In this document: in pieces, positions 49,574 to 63,058 of the stretch
How positions within the stretch are numbered: position 1 is the stretch's first letter
Layout: every line of letters starts with the position of its first letter
Assembly (NCBI RefSeq): GCF_001194135.2
Contig: NC_068981.1
Location: 159,202,908-159,266,813 of the forward strand
Direction of reading: 5' to 3'
Origin: Octopus bimaculoides
Lineage: Eukaryota
DNA length: 63,906 bases
Notes under the pieces: model-generated
Seen by the model: the letters and a program-made list of their open reading frames with translations, nothing else
What the model was told of the DNA's origin: nothing
Databases searched by the model: none
Made by a program: the position numbers and the translations under genes

Positions 49574-50894
49574 TGCAATTATAACAATTTTTATCGTTTC
49601 AACTGCTGACTCCGACACTTCATAATATCGTTTACAAATCAATTTCCCTCGCTACATGTCTATTTTTGTAATTAATGAATATAACCATTAATTGATTTAT
49701 CTCTATTTTCTTAAATGAATATAAACCTCAGCTTATTTAATTACCTTATTTTTTAATAATAAATCTAATTTCAATATAAATAATAGGTAATAAGCCAGTA
49801 AATTCATTGGATATTATTATCCCTTAATGGGGTATTTAACCTTTAATTGAACTTATATATATGCCTACGTAAGAAAGTATGTTTACTGTTTCGGAGATCT
49901 TTTATGGTAGTAGAAAAGGCATTTAGCTCCTATTTCTAAATCAGTGCGTGGCGAAGCTATTAGCTGACCCCTGATTATAATTATGTATATAATTANNNNN
50001 NNNNNNNNNNNNNNNNNNNNNNNNNNNNNNNNNNNNNNNNNNNNNNNNNNNNNNNNNNNNNNNNNNNNNNNNNNNNNNNNNNNNNNNNNNNNNNNNNNNN
50101 NNNNNNNNNNNNNNNNNNNNNNNNNNNNNNNNNNNNNNNNNNNNNNNNNNNNNNNNNNNNNNNNNNNNNNNNNNNNNNNNNNNNNNNNNNNNNNNNNNNN
50201 NNNNNNNNNNNNNNNNNNNNNNNNNNNNNNNNNNNNNNNNNNNNNNNNNNNNNNNNNNNNNNNNNNNNNNNNNNNNNNNNNNNNNNNNNNNNNNNNNNNN
50301 NNNNNNNNNNNNNNNNNNNNNNNNNNNNNNNNNNNNNNNNNNNNNNNNNNNNNNNNNNNNNNNNNNNNNNNNNNNNNNNNNNNNNNNNNNNNNNNNNNNN
50401 NNNNNNNNNNNNNNNNNNNNNNNNNNNNNNNNNNNNNNNNNNNNNNNNNNNNNNNNNNNNNNNNNNNNNNNNNNNNNNNNNNNNNNNNNNNNNNNNNNNN
50501 NNNNNNNNNNNNNNNNNNNNNNNNNNNNNNNNNNNNNNNNNNNNNNNNNNNNNNNNNNNNNNNNNNNNNNNNNNNNNNNNNNNNNNNNNNNNNNNNNNNN
50601 NNNNNNNNNNNNNNNNNNNNNNNNNNNNNNNNNNNNNNNNNNNNNNNNNNNNNNNNNNNNNNNNNNNNNNNNNNNNNNNNNNNNNNNNNNNNNNNNNNNN
50701 NNNNNNNNNNNNNNNNNNNNNNNNNNNNNNNNNNNNNNNNNNNNNNNNNNNNNNNNNNNNNNNNNNNNNNNNNNNNNNNNNNNNNNNNNNNNNNNNNNNN
50801 NNNNNNNNNNNNNNNNNNNNNNNNNNNNNNNNNNNNNNNNNNNNNNNNNNNNNNNNNNNNNNNNNNNNNNNNNNNNNNNNNNNNNNNNNNNNNN

Positions 50895-50930
<36 letters not shown>

Positions 50931-50932
50931 AT

Positions 50933-50959
<27 letters not shown>

Positions 50960-50970
<11 letters not shown>

Positions 50971-53200
50971 TCAATGGTTTCGTGCTTTTGCCATTTCCTC
51001 CGTAAAGCTTGGCATCATGAGATCAGTCTTTACCACATTATTCTATGTTTTCTTAGCTCTATCGTTTTCAGAGACTCCATCCATTTTGAGTCCCTTACAT
51101 TTATTTTATATAACCGCCACCCTTTATACCCATCACAGTCGTCTACCAGTTTTTCTCTCAGCTCATTTGTACTCCGTCCTGCCAGCACACTGATATTAAA
51201 CATCCAGCAGAACATGCTTGTGCTATTTCTTTCTTGTCTTCACTAATCTTCTACAAACAGATCTCACATTTCACTACCGTAGAGCATTGCAATTCGTTCA
51301 TATGCATCAGTTAATTTGCCTTTTACTCTAAGAGAGAGAAACTCTTTGTTACCAACAAAAGTAATAGCTCCCTGAACTATTTCTAATCCGCCCTTTCTCT
51401 GGCTACAATATTTTCGGAACATCCATCTCAACTGTTAATTAAGTCATTTAGATAATAGAAGTTATCGACTATTTCTAGGAAGTCTTCCGAGCATTTAAGA
51501 AAATGTACGAGGAGGTACCCAGAAATAACCGGAAAGGTTCTCTGTAGAACAAGCCCATTGTAGTTCAGGCTTCTGCTACTAGGAACCATTTGATGCGACC
51601 GGCAGCGTCGTGTTGACTCATACTGCCACGTAATGCGTCTTTGTTATGCTTCCCCCTGTTCGTTAATTTTTGCGATGGCTGAAACGTAGGAACAGCGTGC
51701 TTCCGTGAAATTCTGTTTTCTGCCGAGGAAAACGGCGACCAAAACAGTTGTGATGCATCAGACAGCTTACAAGGATGCTGTGCCATGAGCAAAACACAAG
51801 TTTATGAGTGGTTTCACGCTTTAGGAATGGTCACTTGCCGCTTGAAGACCAACCTCGTTCAGAACTAGCGTCGACCTCCCTAACGAATGAAAACATCACC
51901 GAACAATTGACGAACTTGTTGATATGACTGGTGTGTCCTGGAGCTCCTGCCAACGAATTTTGAGCGAGGAATTGCGAATGAAAAGAGTTTCAGCAAAAGT
52001 TGTGCCTCACAGAAAACCAAAAGCTGTCACGACTGAATGCGTATCGTAAACTGAAAGAACAGTTGGAAGTTGATCCGGACCTTTTTTAGAAGGTCATCAC
52101 TGGTGACGAAAGCTGGTGCTACGGAATTTGCAGATGTAGAGAGGTGAATGAAAAAACGATGTTAAAAGGCATCACTTCGTAAGAGTTCCAGCACTGCTTC
52201 GAACAGTGGAAAAACGCGTCTGGACCGATGCATTGCTTCAAATGGACAATACTTTGAAGGCGATAAAAGTGTTAACATGTAAAACTAAGTGAATAAAATA
52301 ATATTGCAAAATTCCGGTTTCTTTTGGGTACCCTTTCATATTTCACGTGTGTTGTTAGTTCGTCGCTTCTATGCATCGACCGGATCCAAAGTCTGCTTTC
52401 TCTGTTAATCCGCTTGTGCGTTTATAGTTTATAATGAACACGCCCAATAAAAATCCTACCTACTCATTTTTTGCATATCGATTACTAACATTTTCCGGTC
52501 AGTTTTCCACTTATTAATACTTTAGATTTTGTCAAGTTTACATTAAAGCCACTCAATTTACAATTTCACTTCCATGTGTGGAATTTTCTCTCTATTTCTA
52601 CCACAGATTCAGTTGTATGAATCAGGTTATCAGCATATTGGAGTTCCTACTGATAGAGGTCTTAAACTTTTCTGTTATGATCTTGAAATTATAATAAACA
52701 ACCGTGGCATAAAACCCGAGCACGAATTGACATCTTCCTGCATGTTAAATTCATCACTGCACGCATTGCTGACATTCATTTTGTTGGCTTGTACAGTCCC
52801 CAAAAGCCATTCATTTACATGTAGTTTCTTTAGTGATCATCAGATTACAAGGCAACGGATCCCGGTCAAAGGCCTTCTCTAAGTCAGCGAACGCTGTATA
52901 TAGCATCTTACTCGTAACTAAGAACTTCTGCAACTGTCTCATAAAGATCATCAATAGCACAAAACCGAACGGCAACTCAGCGAGGGTAATTCTCTTTCTA
53001 ATCAATTTAGATCGAACTCATCACGAGATTTTCGTAGCCTGTCCCATCATTTTGATATATCTGTATTTTTCTCTCAATAGTGTATCGCCTTTCCTTGTGT
53101 TTGTTGACGTTTATCCTTGCAACATCACTCATTTGTTATGACACTTTCCTATACCATCTGAATGACTATGTGAATGATTAGCTCGTACCCTACTCCGACA
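50960..53200 (-). mobile_element. Scattered RTE-like LINE remnants flanking the mariner (50960-51460 and 52780-53200)
   Basis: LYTAFADLEKAFDRDP (RT motif) and MFCWMFNISV...NELREKL (RTE C-terminal region). Confidence 0.55.
51508..52338 (+). mobile_element. Internally deleted mariner transposon
   Basis: TA-flanked TIRs cgaggaggtacccagaaataaccggaa / ttccggtttcttttgggtaccctttca. Remnant motifs EQRASVKFCF, TQVYEWF, KVITGDESWCYG and DRCIASNGQYFEGD. Confidence 0.9.
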
Positions 53201-53503
53201 AACATTATAAACATCTCAATGACTATTACTGACAGATCCGGTACCTTCTCTGCCTTCCTATTTCCAATTTGACGACTCTTCGCTCTATTGGGTGCTTGGG
53301 GTAGACTATCTCTCTCCTCAAAACATTTTCCATAAATAAAAAAAAAACTCTCATAGGAGCACTTCTATGCTTCATTCTTTCTAAGTGGTAGTACGCTGTT
53401 ACATCGTACAAACTATTCCCTAGGTACATCTCGATTATCACTCCAGCATATTTCATAGCAAACAAAAACATCTTATGCTTCTGATTCTTACGTACGATAA
53501 TTA

Positions 53504-54528
53504 TGTAAAGAACGACCGTGCGAACCAAAGGAGAATGGCGACGAAAAGGAAGAGGCTCCTTTAAACGCGTCGCACGGTCGACACAAAACATGTAATATAA
53601 CATAAGTGGGCTCGTAATGTGAGATGCGAGCAAGTGCCAGCAATGAAAGAGAGAGATGGAGACAACCGTTAAATATATAAGGAGAGTAAGTTTATTAGCA
53701 TAGTGAACAGTGTGTCTGTGTGTGCGTGCATGCGGCAATATAAGTAAGACAATACATAAGACAATACATAAGACAGGCCTTCGTGTAAAGGATAGTATGT
53801 ATACAATAATATGAGTGTATGTGTGAATGAGAAATACAGAACATGGAATAAGAGTCTGTAACACAGTAGATAAGCGTCCTGAACAAAGATAGAGAAAGTA
53901 TCAGTTCATAGAAGAGTTTCACAGTAGATAGAATGTCTGTACTCAAAAAGTTGTAGCCGAATAGCAGAGCTGAGGTGTCACATGTTGTGTGTGAAATTGA
54001 GCGCCGATGCTATGACCGATTACTTGGTACAGAATATTCTCGCAGGTTGTTCTGGCTGTTATTTTCGAGGTGGAAACAATCCACACAAACAGTATTGAGA
54101 AGGAACCGCGGTTACTGTTGTTGGTAGCGTGTACTCTGGTGGTGGTGCTGGCGACGGAATTGTAGTAGACAGTAGATTGGTGGTGTTGACGTCGTCGCTG
54201 GAAACTGGCTGGAGCTGTGTTCTGTGAGTGGTCTACGACTAGACCTGAAAAGGCCTGAGGTCGCGACAAACTGGTGTGGATAAAGCAGGCTTATTTATAG
54301 ATAAAAAGGGGCTCAAGAAACAGGCAGAAAACACTCTCTCACGTGACCTTATTAGAAGGCCACGATTGGTCGGTATGTACCCTGGCGCGAAACAGAACTG
54401 GACATAAATGCCGCGCAAATAAGAGCCAATCAGGGTGGTGGACACAGCGGTTCAAACGGCGGAAAGCTAGATGTTAGCCGCTTCGCTATCATTCGTAAAT
54501 AAATACCCGAGAGAGAGGTTTCACTACA
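53504..54528 (-). mobile_element. Solo LTR (Ty3/gypsy-like), 1025 bp
   Basis: TGTA...TACA termini and a 4-bp direct repeat ATTA on both sides (53500-53503, 54529-54532). Minus-strand CCAAT (54365-54369), TATAAATA (54292-54299) and AATAAA (53691-53696). CpG-rich. Confidence 0.8.
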
Positions 54529-55260
54529 ATTAATATGTATACCTGACATCTAATCCTTATCACTTTTTGATACTTTTCTCTGTTCCCCACTTTTTCACAA
54601 GTCTTTCCCAACCTGTCTCAAAGCGTTTATGGCTCTATCTACAATGCAGTTTCACCACCATGGCAATTTGCGTCAGCTAAAATGGTATTCGAGGATTGTC
54701 AAAATAAATGTGAAACATTGAAAAAATTTGAGACGTGGATGTGTGGTAAGAAGTTTGCTTCTTAACCACACGGTTCTGGGTTTAGATCCGCTGCGTGGGA
54801 CCGAGGGCAAGTGTGTTCTGCTTATAGCCTTGGGCTGACAAAAAGCCTTGCAAGTAAATTTTGTAGACGGGTGACAGAAGTGCGTCGTGTGTGTGTGTGT
54901 GCGTGTGTGTATGCGTGTCCGTGTGTGCGTACGTGTGTGTGAGTAAGTGTGTCTTGTATCTGTGTTTACCCCCACCCCGCTTGACAATTGATGTTGGTGT
55001 GCTTATATCCTCGTAAATTAGCGGTTCGGCAAAAGAAGCCAATAGAATAAGTACTAGGCTTAAAAAAAAAGTACTGGGGTCGATTTATTCGACTAAAAAT
55101 TATTCAAGGCATGGCCACAAGCTAATGTCTGAAACGGGTAAAAGATAAAAGATAAGAAAAAATATCACAGGATATTTTTTATGGCTTCATATTAAAAGCC
55201 AACTATATGAGAATTTTTTTTAATATTGTGTGGATGCAAAAATTTCAAATGTTTTCTGGA

Positions 55261-55800
55261 CTACTTGAGAGTGTAAGGAGTTGAATCAAGCGTTAGTTTA
55301 TTGATAAAGTGAGATAATGATATACTGTTGGATTTTGTTTGAGGCTTGAAGCTGGAGTTGTGGCTGTTCACTCTAGCCTTGAAGGTGGTGCTACATGAGC
55401 CGATATAAATGTAATTACAGTTGGTAGTTGATTCCGTGCACTTATAAACTATGTTTTTTGTGAGACAACTTTTTCGACATCCCAATGGGAGCTAGTGACT
55501 CTGACCAGGTCACTGATCTTGAAGGACTCTCCCTACTTAAAGGTCTCCATGAACAATTCCCTAACATCTCCGGTGGTCTATACAGAGACAACGCTCTGTT
55601 CACTATCCAAAATTGTAGTAACCAGTTAATCGAACAGACTAGAAAAAAACTAAGAAACTGTTTGAAAAACGTTGGCCTCAGCGTCTCCCACTTGACCAAA
55701 AATATTTCCTCACCCTCTTCCCTCCAAATGATATTTTCTTCAAATACCAATCCCTTTACTAAATTCTGTGACTCAGCCAAAACAGCTCCATTATTCTAAT
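55261..55800. mobile_element. Penelope-like fragments in opposite orientations: GIY-YIG (minus, 55261-55485) and RT (plus, 55485-55799)
   Basis: CLTKNIVYKC...YIYIGSCSTTFKARVNSHNSSF on the minus strand. MGASDSDQVTDLEGLSLL...GGLYRDNAL on the plus strand (PLE RT YRDD region). Confidence 0.8.
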
Positions 55801-56519
55801 ACCAGTTAACTGACTTTGTTTAAATTCCTTCTTCCTCTCACTCCCTTATTCAAAAGCTTATTTCTCCCTACATTTACATACACATCTCGTACTGTGCCCT
55901 CCACATATTCTGATTGAATTTTCCATGCGTCAACATGTAGATCCTTGCTACAATGTAATCTTTAATTCAATCAAGATATCCTTGGCCTGAAGAGTAGCCG
56001 GCGGAGAAAAAGGAAAAAAGAAGAAATGAAGCAACGGGAGATCAAACACGGGAACCGGAGCCTTCAACAAGTAAGGAAGAGGAGGGAAGAAAGGAACTGG
56101 AAGACGAGCAACAGAGCGAAATAGAAATGCCAGCACTAACGAAAGAAAATGAAGATGCATATACACATATTGATTGCCTTTGATTAGGAGCAAACAGTTT
56201 TTGCTTTGTTTTTTATCTTTTTGTTTTCTTCTTTTTTTTTGCCTTTCAGAAAGAGATAAAATTCATTGAATTGATGATTCATTCATATCGATAATATTTA
56301 TTTTATCGAAAATTCGCCTAATGCATTCTGTGAAATAGTTGATGTTAGGAAGGGCTTCTAGTCATAGAAATCCATGCCAAAAGTAGAATGTACAAATGAG
56401 ACGTGATTTTCACCCTATGCCTGTAGGGAATGAAGAGCAGTAAATCTGAAGAACTGCTTCGGACCGTGACGACACGAATGATCTATGTCAGCAGGAAGAT
56501 TGGACGGAGAACAACAATG

Positions 56520-56563
56520 ACAATGATGTTATTGTTGTTGTTTTTGTTGCTGCTGCTGCCGTC

Positions 56564-56594
<31 letters not shown>

Positions 56595-56811
56595 ATGATG
56601 CTGATGATGATGATGATGAGGAGGAGGAGGAGGAGGAGGAGGAGGAGGAAGAGGACGACGACGACGACGACGAAGACGACGACGACGACGACGACGATGA
56701 TGACGATGACAATGGTGATGAAGGAAAAGTATCCGAAATGTCCAATCAGCCATTGTCGTCGTCGTCTTCGTCGTCGTCGTCGTCATCGTCGTCGTCGTCG
56801 TCCTCCTCCTC
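56520..56811. repeat. Compound trinucleotide microsatellite (GCT/GAT/GAG/GAC, then GTC/CTC)
   Basis: Seen directly. The right part is an inverted copy of the left part. Confidence 0.95.
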
Positions 56812-57219
56812 TTGATAAATTAACTCTATTTATTTATATATTTTTATGCATGAACATTTTATAGATTAATTATTTTTTTTGAATCGGAATCTTAGCGATC
56901 GATTCTTCCCTTGCAAATTTGTATCGTTGTACCAGTATAAGAAATTCATTTTAATTCGCTGAGTTAGGGTGGGAAGATGCCAGAAACGGTATAGACAGTT
57001 GGAGTGAAAGTTTTGCAGTATTCAGTTACGTTAAATCATTAAATTTGGTGTTCCATTTCATCTGTCTTCTCCATTAACTCCTCAATAATATTTTGTTAAA
57101 GGGCGGTAGCTGGCAGAAACGATAAAAGTACATTGACATATCAAGTTACGTCCCTTTATTTAATTTTCCGTTCTCGCATGGATCGTCTTGGCTTTTCATG
57201 AAACAAGTTGAAACAAGTT

Positions 57220-57310
57220 GATACTCTGCTGCTGCTGTTGTTGTTGTTGTTGTTGCTCCTGCTGCCGCCGCTGCTGCTGCCGCCGCTGCTGCTGCTGCCG
57301 TTGTTGTTGT
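57220..57310. repeat. (CTG/TTG/CCG)n microsatellite
   Basis: Seen directly. It produces the poly-Cys ORF artefact. Confidence 0.95.
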
Positions 57311-58234
57311 TCCGCTCTAGGCCACACGTTGGTTGAGCATTCCAGTCAGATCCATTCCGTCATTTTAGTTCCCGGGACTACATTGTCCAGTATGTCCTTC
57401 CGTAATTTTAGGGAGTCTTGGCTGCTATTTCTAACAAATCAAGAAATCACATACAGGCTTCACGTGTTAAACTATATGTATTGTTGTAATATAAAAATAT
57501 CAATATACTGTAGGAGCTTTTTTTATTTGTTTGTTTAGTCAAAAGACAAAGAGCAGCACCCATGACTCTCAGGCTTCCACACAGTTTTCACACAATGCTT
57601 TAGTCGACCTGAAGAAAACATGGAAGAATGTATTTGTCCTAGGTGCTGCGCGGTGAGATTGAACTCGAAAGCGCGTACTTACAAATATAACTTTTTAATT
57701 GGACAATCGTACCTGCGCCTCTAAGCGTTAAAGAGAATGAGTTAAGTTCCGTTCCTGCTAAATCAAAATAGTGAAGCAGCCAGATGAACTTTTTGAAGCC
57801 ATTCACTAAAACAATTAGGAGCGATATGAATGTCACATTGTACCAGCGCCTCTACTACAAAAATTATACGTCCTAAGACAGGGTTGGCCAACCTGAAGAC
57901 CGTTGGCCGCATGCAGCTCGCTTGATACTTTTTTGAAATAGATTTATTTAAACAAACATTTTGAAAATTTTATCAAAAATTAAAGATTGTAATGAAAAGT
58001 AAAAAAAGAAAGATGTTACTATATTTGTAACGATAACATTTCATGTTGAATCAACAATCATTCATTCATTATTGAAATAATAGCATAAGAAAGCAAAATG
58101 CTTTCAATTCTGTCAGTATACAAGCGGCTCTCAAAAACCTTTCTGTGATTAAAGTGACCCGCAATGTAATTCGAGTTGGCCAGGCCTGTCCTAAGACTTA
58201 AACAAAATGAATTAATATTTATTTGTAGAGTAGG

Positions 58235-58447
58235 GCGGCGATCAGGAAGAATCGTTAGCACGCGGGGCAAAATGCTTAGCGGCATCTCGCCTGTCTTTAC
58301 GTTCTGAGTTCAAATTCTGCCGTGGTCGACTTTTCCTTTCATCATTTCAGGGATCGATAAAATAAGTACCAGTTAAACCCTGAGGTCGATGTAATAGATT
58401 TAGCCCCACCCTTAACTTGATGGCCTTGTGCCAAAATTTGAAACCAA
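58235..58447 (+). mobile_element. tRNA-derived SINE, family B (other copies 484-672 -, 700-918 +, 31670-31880 +, 33315-33440 -, 34655-34857 -, 35468-35680 +, 59675-59887 -)
   Basis: Shared gaatcgttagca...gagttcaaattc...gataaaataagtaccagtt...gtgccaaaatttgaaacc. Confidence 0.85.
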
Positions 58448-60148
58448 TATTTATATAATTGCTGAGTAAGTGATCGTTATAAAGACGGACATGTGTTTCC
58501 AACATGTAGAAAACAAAGAAAGGGAGAAAGAGGGAGGGAGATACAGAGGGAGAGAGAGAGAAGGGGGGAGAGAGAAGGGGAGAGAGAGAGAGAGAGAGAG
58601 AGCTTGAGTCAGTGAGGTAACTTGTACGTAGTCGTCCCATCTGTTAAAAATAACAATATCCCCAACTCAGATCACGTCTTAAAATAAAATAAAGAAAAGA
58701 AAAGGAGAGATACACGTTAGATAATCCTGAAAAGACAAAATGGTCAGTTGGTATAGATTTGATCAAAGACTTGCTTGACAAAAAGTTTGCTAAACGACAA
58801 CCGAACAACCACTGCGACATGATTCCAATGCCTGATTAAATTATTTCATACCACTTGCATCACTAATGTCCTTGAGAGAATCATTACGGTTACAATATCA
58901 CATTTCCTTTCTCTCATAACTAGGGCTTTAGTCCCTACACAAAAAGAAACATATCTATTTCCTAATTAAAGCGTCAAATTAAATGCTTTACAGTATTTAG
59001 TTTTCTTCGTTCCCTATTTCCCATTTTTAGTTCACATCAGCTATGCCCGTTATTTATTTGGAGGAAGGGGTCAATAAGATAAATGCTAGTGATACGCTGG
59101 AATTGATTTAACCAGCCAGTTACATGTCTTTGCAGTAAAGATTTACTCAAATACTTCGGTATAGTGTCTGAATCGAAAGAGCATCAAGTTAAATGCCTGT
59201 GCTAGTTAGTTACAACTCATTACATTCCGAGTGCAAATCCTGCTGAGTTCAACTTTGCTTTCCATCCTTCCAGGGTTGATAGAATAACACTACAAGTAAA
59301 AACCTGAGGTGACAAGTTGTAGTGGGTTCTTCGTCTGCCTCGACGATGAACATTCATTTGTTTGATCAGATGAATTTCTTCTGAAGAAATTAACACTTAG
59401 GGTGACTGAATATTCCCCAGATATGTCGACTCTTCACTTAATTATCAAACCTAGGCTCGGGAACAGGGAGCAAGGGATGCAAGCATACAACCTAAAATTT
59501 GGTGGGTAGCGCAATGAAAACATCTTGAACATCTTCCTGAAGAACTTCATCGCCAGAGCGAACGAGTGTAAAAACATTTTTTTCACTGAGTTGAAACATT
59601 TATTTTCCAATATTGGGTTTGTATGATGTACAAATATAAGAATGGTTTCATTTTTTTTTTTTTTTTTTTTGCAGAAGACCAGCAATTTCGGGGAAGGGGT
59701 TAAGTCGATTACATCGGCCCCAGTGCTCAACTGCCACTGTAAGGATGAAAGGCCGCAGTGCTCAATTGCTCTGTAAGGATGAAAGGCAAAGTCGACCTCG
59801 GTGGAATTTGAACACAGAATGTAGCGGCAGACGAAATATTGCTAATCATTTTGCCCAGCGTGCTAATGATTCTGCCAGCTCATCGCCTTTGTACAAATAT
59901 AATAATAATTGTTATTATTATAATTATTATTTTACCTGTATTTGTTTTGACTGCAAAAATCAACCTAGTTTGTAAAAAAAATTAGGCATATGTTTGCACC
60001 CTGAAAGCAAATTTCGTTCTCGAACTTATGTTCTCAAGCTGTATCGGCGTGACACAGTGTGGTAAGACTAGATCTTTGAATTAGAGGCCACAATCTAAGG
60101 TACAAGGGGAAGAAACGCTTGCTGTATTAGACAGATACTTTATCAACC

Positions 60149-60327
60149 CAGTAACGTAGCTAGGAGTGGTAGGTGAAGGAGGAAGTCTGCTCCGGCCGAC
60201 ACTTTTATGAGGAGTGGAAGTTTTGGGTCAGCTGTATAAGCCTGCGTATGCTGGGGGGATTCGGGGTGAAAAGGGGTGGGAAACTCAAGTGATGCCCCGG
60301 ACGGTATACATTCTAGCTACTCCCCTG
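60149..60327. mobile_element. hAT-like MITE inserted in a SINE
   Basis: TIRs cagtaacgtagctag / ctagctactcccctg and an 8-bp TSD tatcaacc/tatcgacc (7 of 8 match). Confidence 0.7.
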
Positions 60328-61961
60328 TATCGACCCTGAAAAAAATAAACTGAAAGAAAATGTTTATGTCGTTGGGGTTTGAACTCAGAGAGCAGACGTT
60401 CTGAACAAACGTTATTAGAAAATCTATCTGAAGCGTTAACACTTTTGACAATTCGATGCTTTAAAACAAAGCAACCGAGACTCGAACAAATATGACGCTT
60501 GTGATGAAAAGCAGAAGTAAGGGAAACAACTCTATCATAGCTTTAAAATTTTCGTGATAAATCAGGGTTTTGATAAATGCTAGTTTATTATCGAAATGAG
60601 CGTTAACAATTTGATTATTTTCTTGCGCACGAAGGTATATATTTGGGTTCTCTTTCCATTTGGTTTTGATTACTGTTGCTGTCATTGTTGTTCAGCTCCA
60701 GGGCAAACCTGATCGTACAAATTTATAATTAAAGGCATTTTTATCTTCAGACATAAAGTAACTAGGATAACTAGACATTTCAAAATACAGCACTGAATCA
60801 AAGGAGTCTTAACCGTGACTATTCTGCTAATTTTTTTATTTTTTCTTGTTTTAGACATACATCAGCTGGGACAATCAAGACAATGTTACTTAATATATAT
60901 TCCAAAATACGGTACTAAGTCAGTTCCTTTCGAAGAACTAAGGAACAATCTCAGTTGATTGACTTAATTCTACTGTAATGCTGTTTTATATCGGCACAAG
61001 ACCACACAAGTATAGGGTGGTATATAGAATTGTCTCATCTTAGCGAAAAATCAGAAAATCAGATGATGTTCTAGCGGTTCAGTCTCGCAATATTTCTGTT
61101 AATGCCATGCGTGTTTCGTGTGTAGAATTCAGAGAGTGTGCATATTTATTTATTTTGTTCATTTACTTCGTTCATATTTTTATTTTTACAGGTTTTTTTT
61201 AAAAATGTTTTTACAGTTTTGACTGTTTATCTTTGTGAGGTATGGTTTAATAAAGGAAAAATTAACCAGCAATGTTCCTCGTGTTTAATTAACTGTAGAG
61301 AGAGGAAAATCATAGTCAATCCCAGCTACATTTAAATTCAATACAAATATAAACGAGCAAAATTAAATGCAGAAGTCCTTTCTTCTCGCAGTGTATAGCT
61401 TCTGACCGCCATTCCATTCGGTCATTTGGACCTACAGGCACATCAGAGTGCTCTCCCTTACCAGTCGCAATCCCTTCGTCCACTTGTGAACTGAAGGAAA
61501 ATATGTTCTAGAGGAAAATATTTCCATTATTTATTTCTTGTATTAAATATTAAAAAAATTTAAATATTATTTTGATTGCAGGCAGAAATAAAACAAAGAC
61601 CATATGACTGTTTCGCTAAATACACATACTTCTGACGATCCCTCGCTTGTGTTTTTAACGTGACGTACATGCACATACGCACACACGCATACACACATAA
61701 ATACATACATATATACATACATACATACATACATACATACTCATGCATACATACACACACATGCCTACGTGCATATGCACACATGCACAAGCATGCATTT
61801 ATTTACGTACATATACCTACACATACATACATACATTTGCATACATGTACACACACATGCATACCGGTTGTCAAGCGGTGATGGGGGTACAATCACAGCC
61901 ATAAAGACACACACCCATAGATATATACTTATACACACACGCACACATGCACGCGCGCGCG

Positions 61962-62048
<87 letters not shown>

Positions 62049-62049
62049 T

Positions 62050-62195
62050 CAAGCATGAGCAACCTATTTCAAAAGGCGGGTCACATGAGCCATGGCTCAT
62101 TATCTGGCGGGCTGCAGTACTAAACATTTTCAAGGTTATTTTTCATTAGGCGTGCAATTTAGAAAGACCCGCGAGCCGCAGGTTGCCCATGCCTG
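62050..62195. mobile_element. hAT-like MITE
   Basis: caagcatgagcaacct ... aggttgcccatgcctg TIRs, with 8-bp flanks cactaaat/aactaaaa. Confidence 0.7.
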
Positions 62196-63058
62196 AACTA
62201 AAACATTCAAGACAGTGCCCCAACTTGGTTGCAGTCCAATGAGTGCAACAAATAAAAGATAATAGATAAGGGTTTCAATGTAAACTATTATAAAATACCC
62301 TTCAATCAGCTAAAATCAATATACTACGATTATCATGGTTACCCTTTCTAGTTTCACTTTCAGTATTTCAAGAAGCAAAAAGGGTTATTGCTCAAATTTC
62401 ACGTGTGACTAACTGTCTTTTAGTTGAGTGGAAGCTGATTAGAGGTAATATATATGTATGTGTCTACATGTGTGTGTGTGTACATATATATATATACATA
62501 CATACTTATATATATATAAGTACACACACACACATATATATGTTTGTTGTACCTTGTTTATCATTTTGTCCATGTTCTTTTGCCACGTCATGTACCCAGT
62601 TATGTATCTATATGTACATGTAGATGAAGGTATGTACATACATGTACATATATATGCATATACTCATATATTATTTATATATATATANNNNNNNNNNNNN
62701 NNNNNNNNNNNNNNNNNNNNNNNNNNNNNNNNNNNNNNNNNNNNNNNNNNNNNNNNNNNNNNNNNNNNNNNNNNNNNNNNNNNNNNNNNNNNNNNNNNNN
62801 NNNNNNNNNNNNNNNNNNNNNNNNNNNNNNNNNNNNNNNNNNNNNNNNNNNNNNNNNNNNNNNNNNNNNNNNNNNNNNNNNNNNNNNNNNNNNNNNNNNN
62901 NNNNNNNNNNNNNNNNNNNNNNNNNNNNNNNNNNNNNNNNNNNNNNNNNNNNNNNNNNNNNNNNNNNNNNNNNNNNNNNNNNNNNNNNNNNNNNNNNNNN
63001 NNNNNNNNNNNNNNNNNNNNNNNNNNNNNNNNNNNNNNNNNNNNNNNNNNNNNNNATC

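Noticed and set aside
53226-54269. 212-aa and 108-aa minus-strand ORFs
   Set aside because: They lie within or across the solo LTR and have no recognisable protein motifs.
56430-56480. CTGAAGA near a small hairpin as a second hammerhead (also 59370-59400)
   Set aside because: No correctly placed GAAA and no stem I/II/III arrangement.
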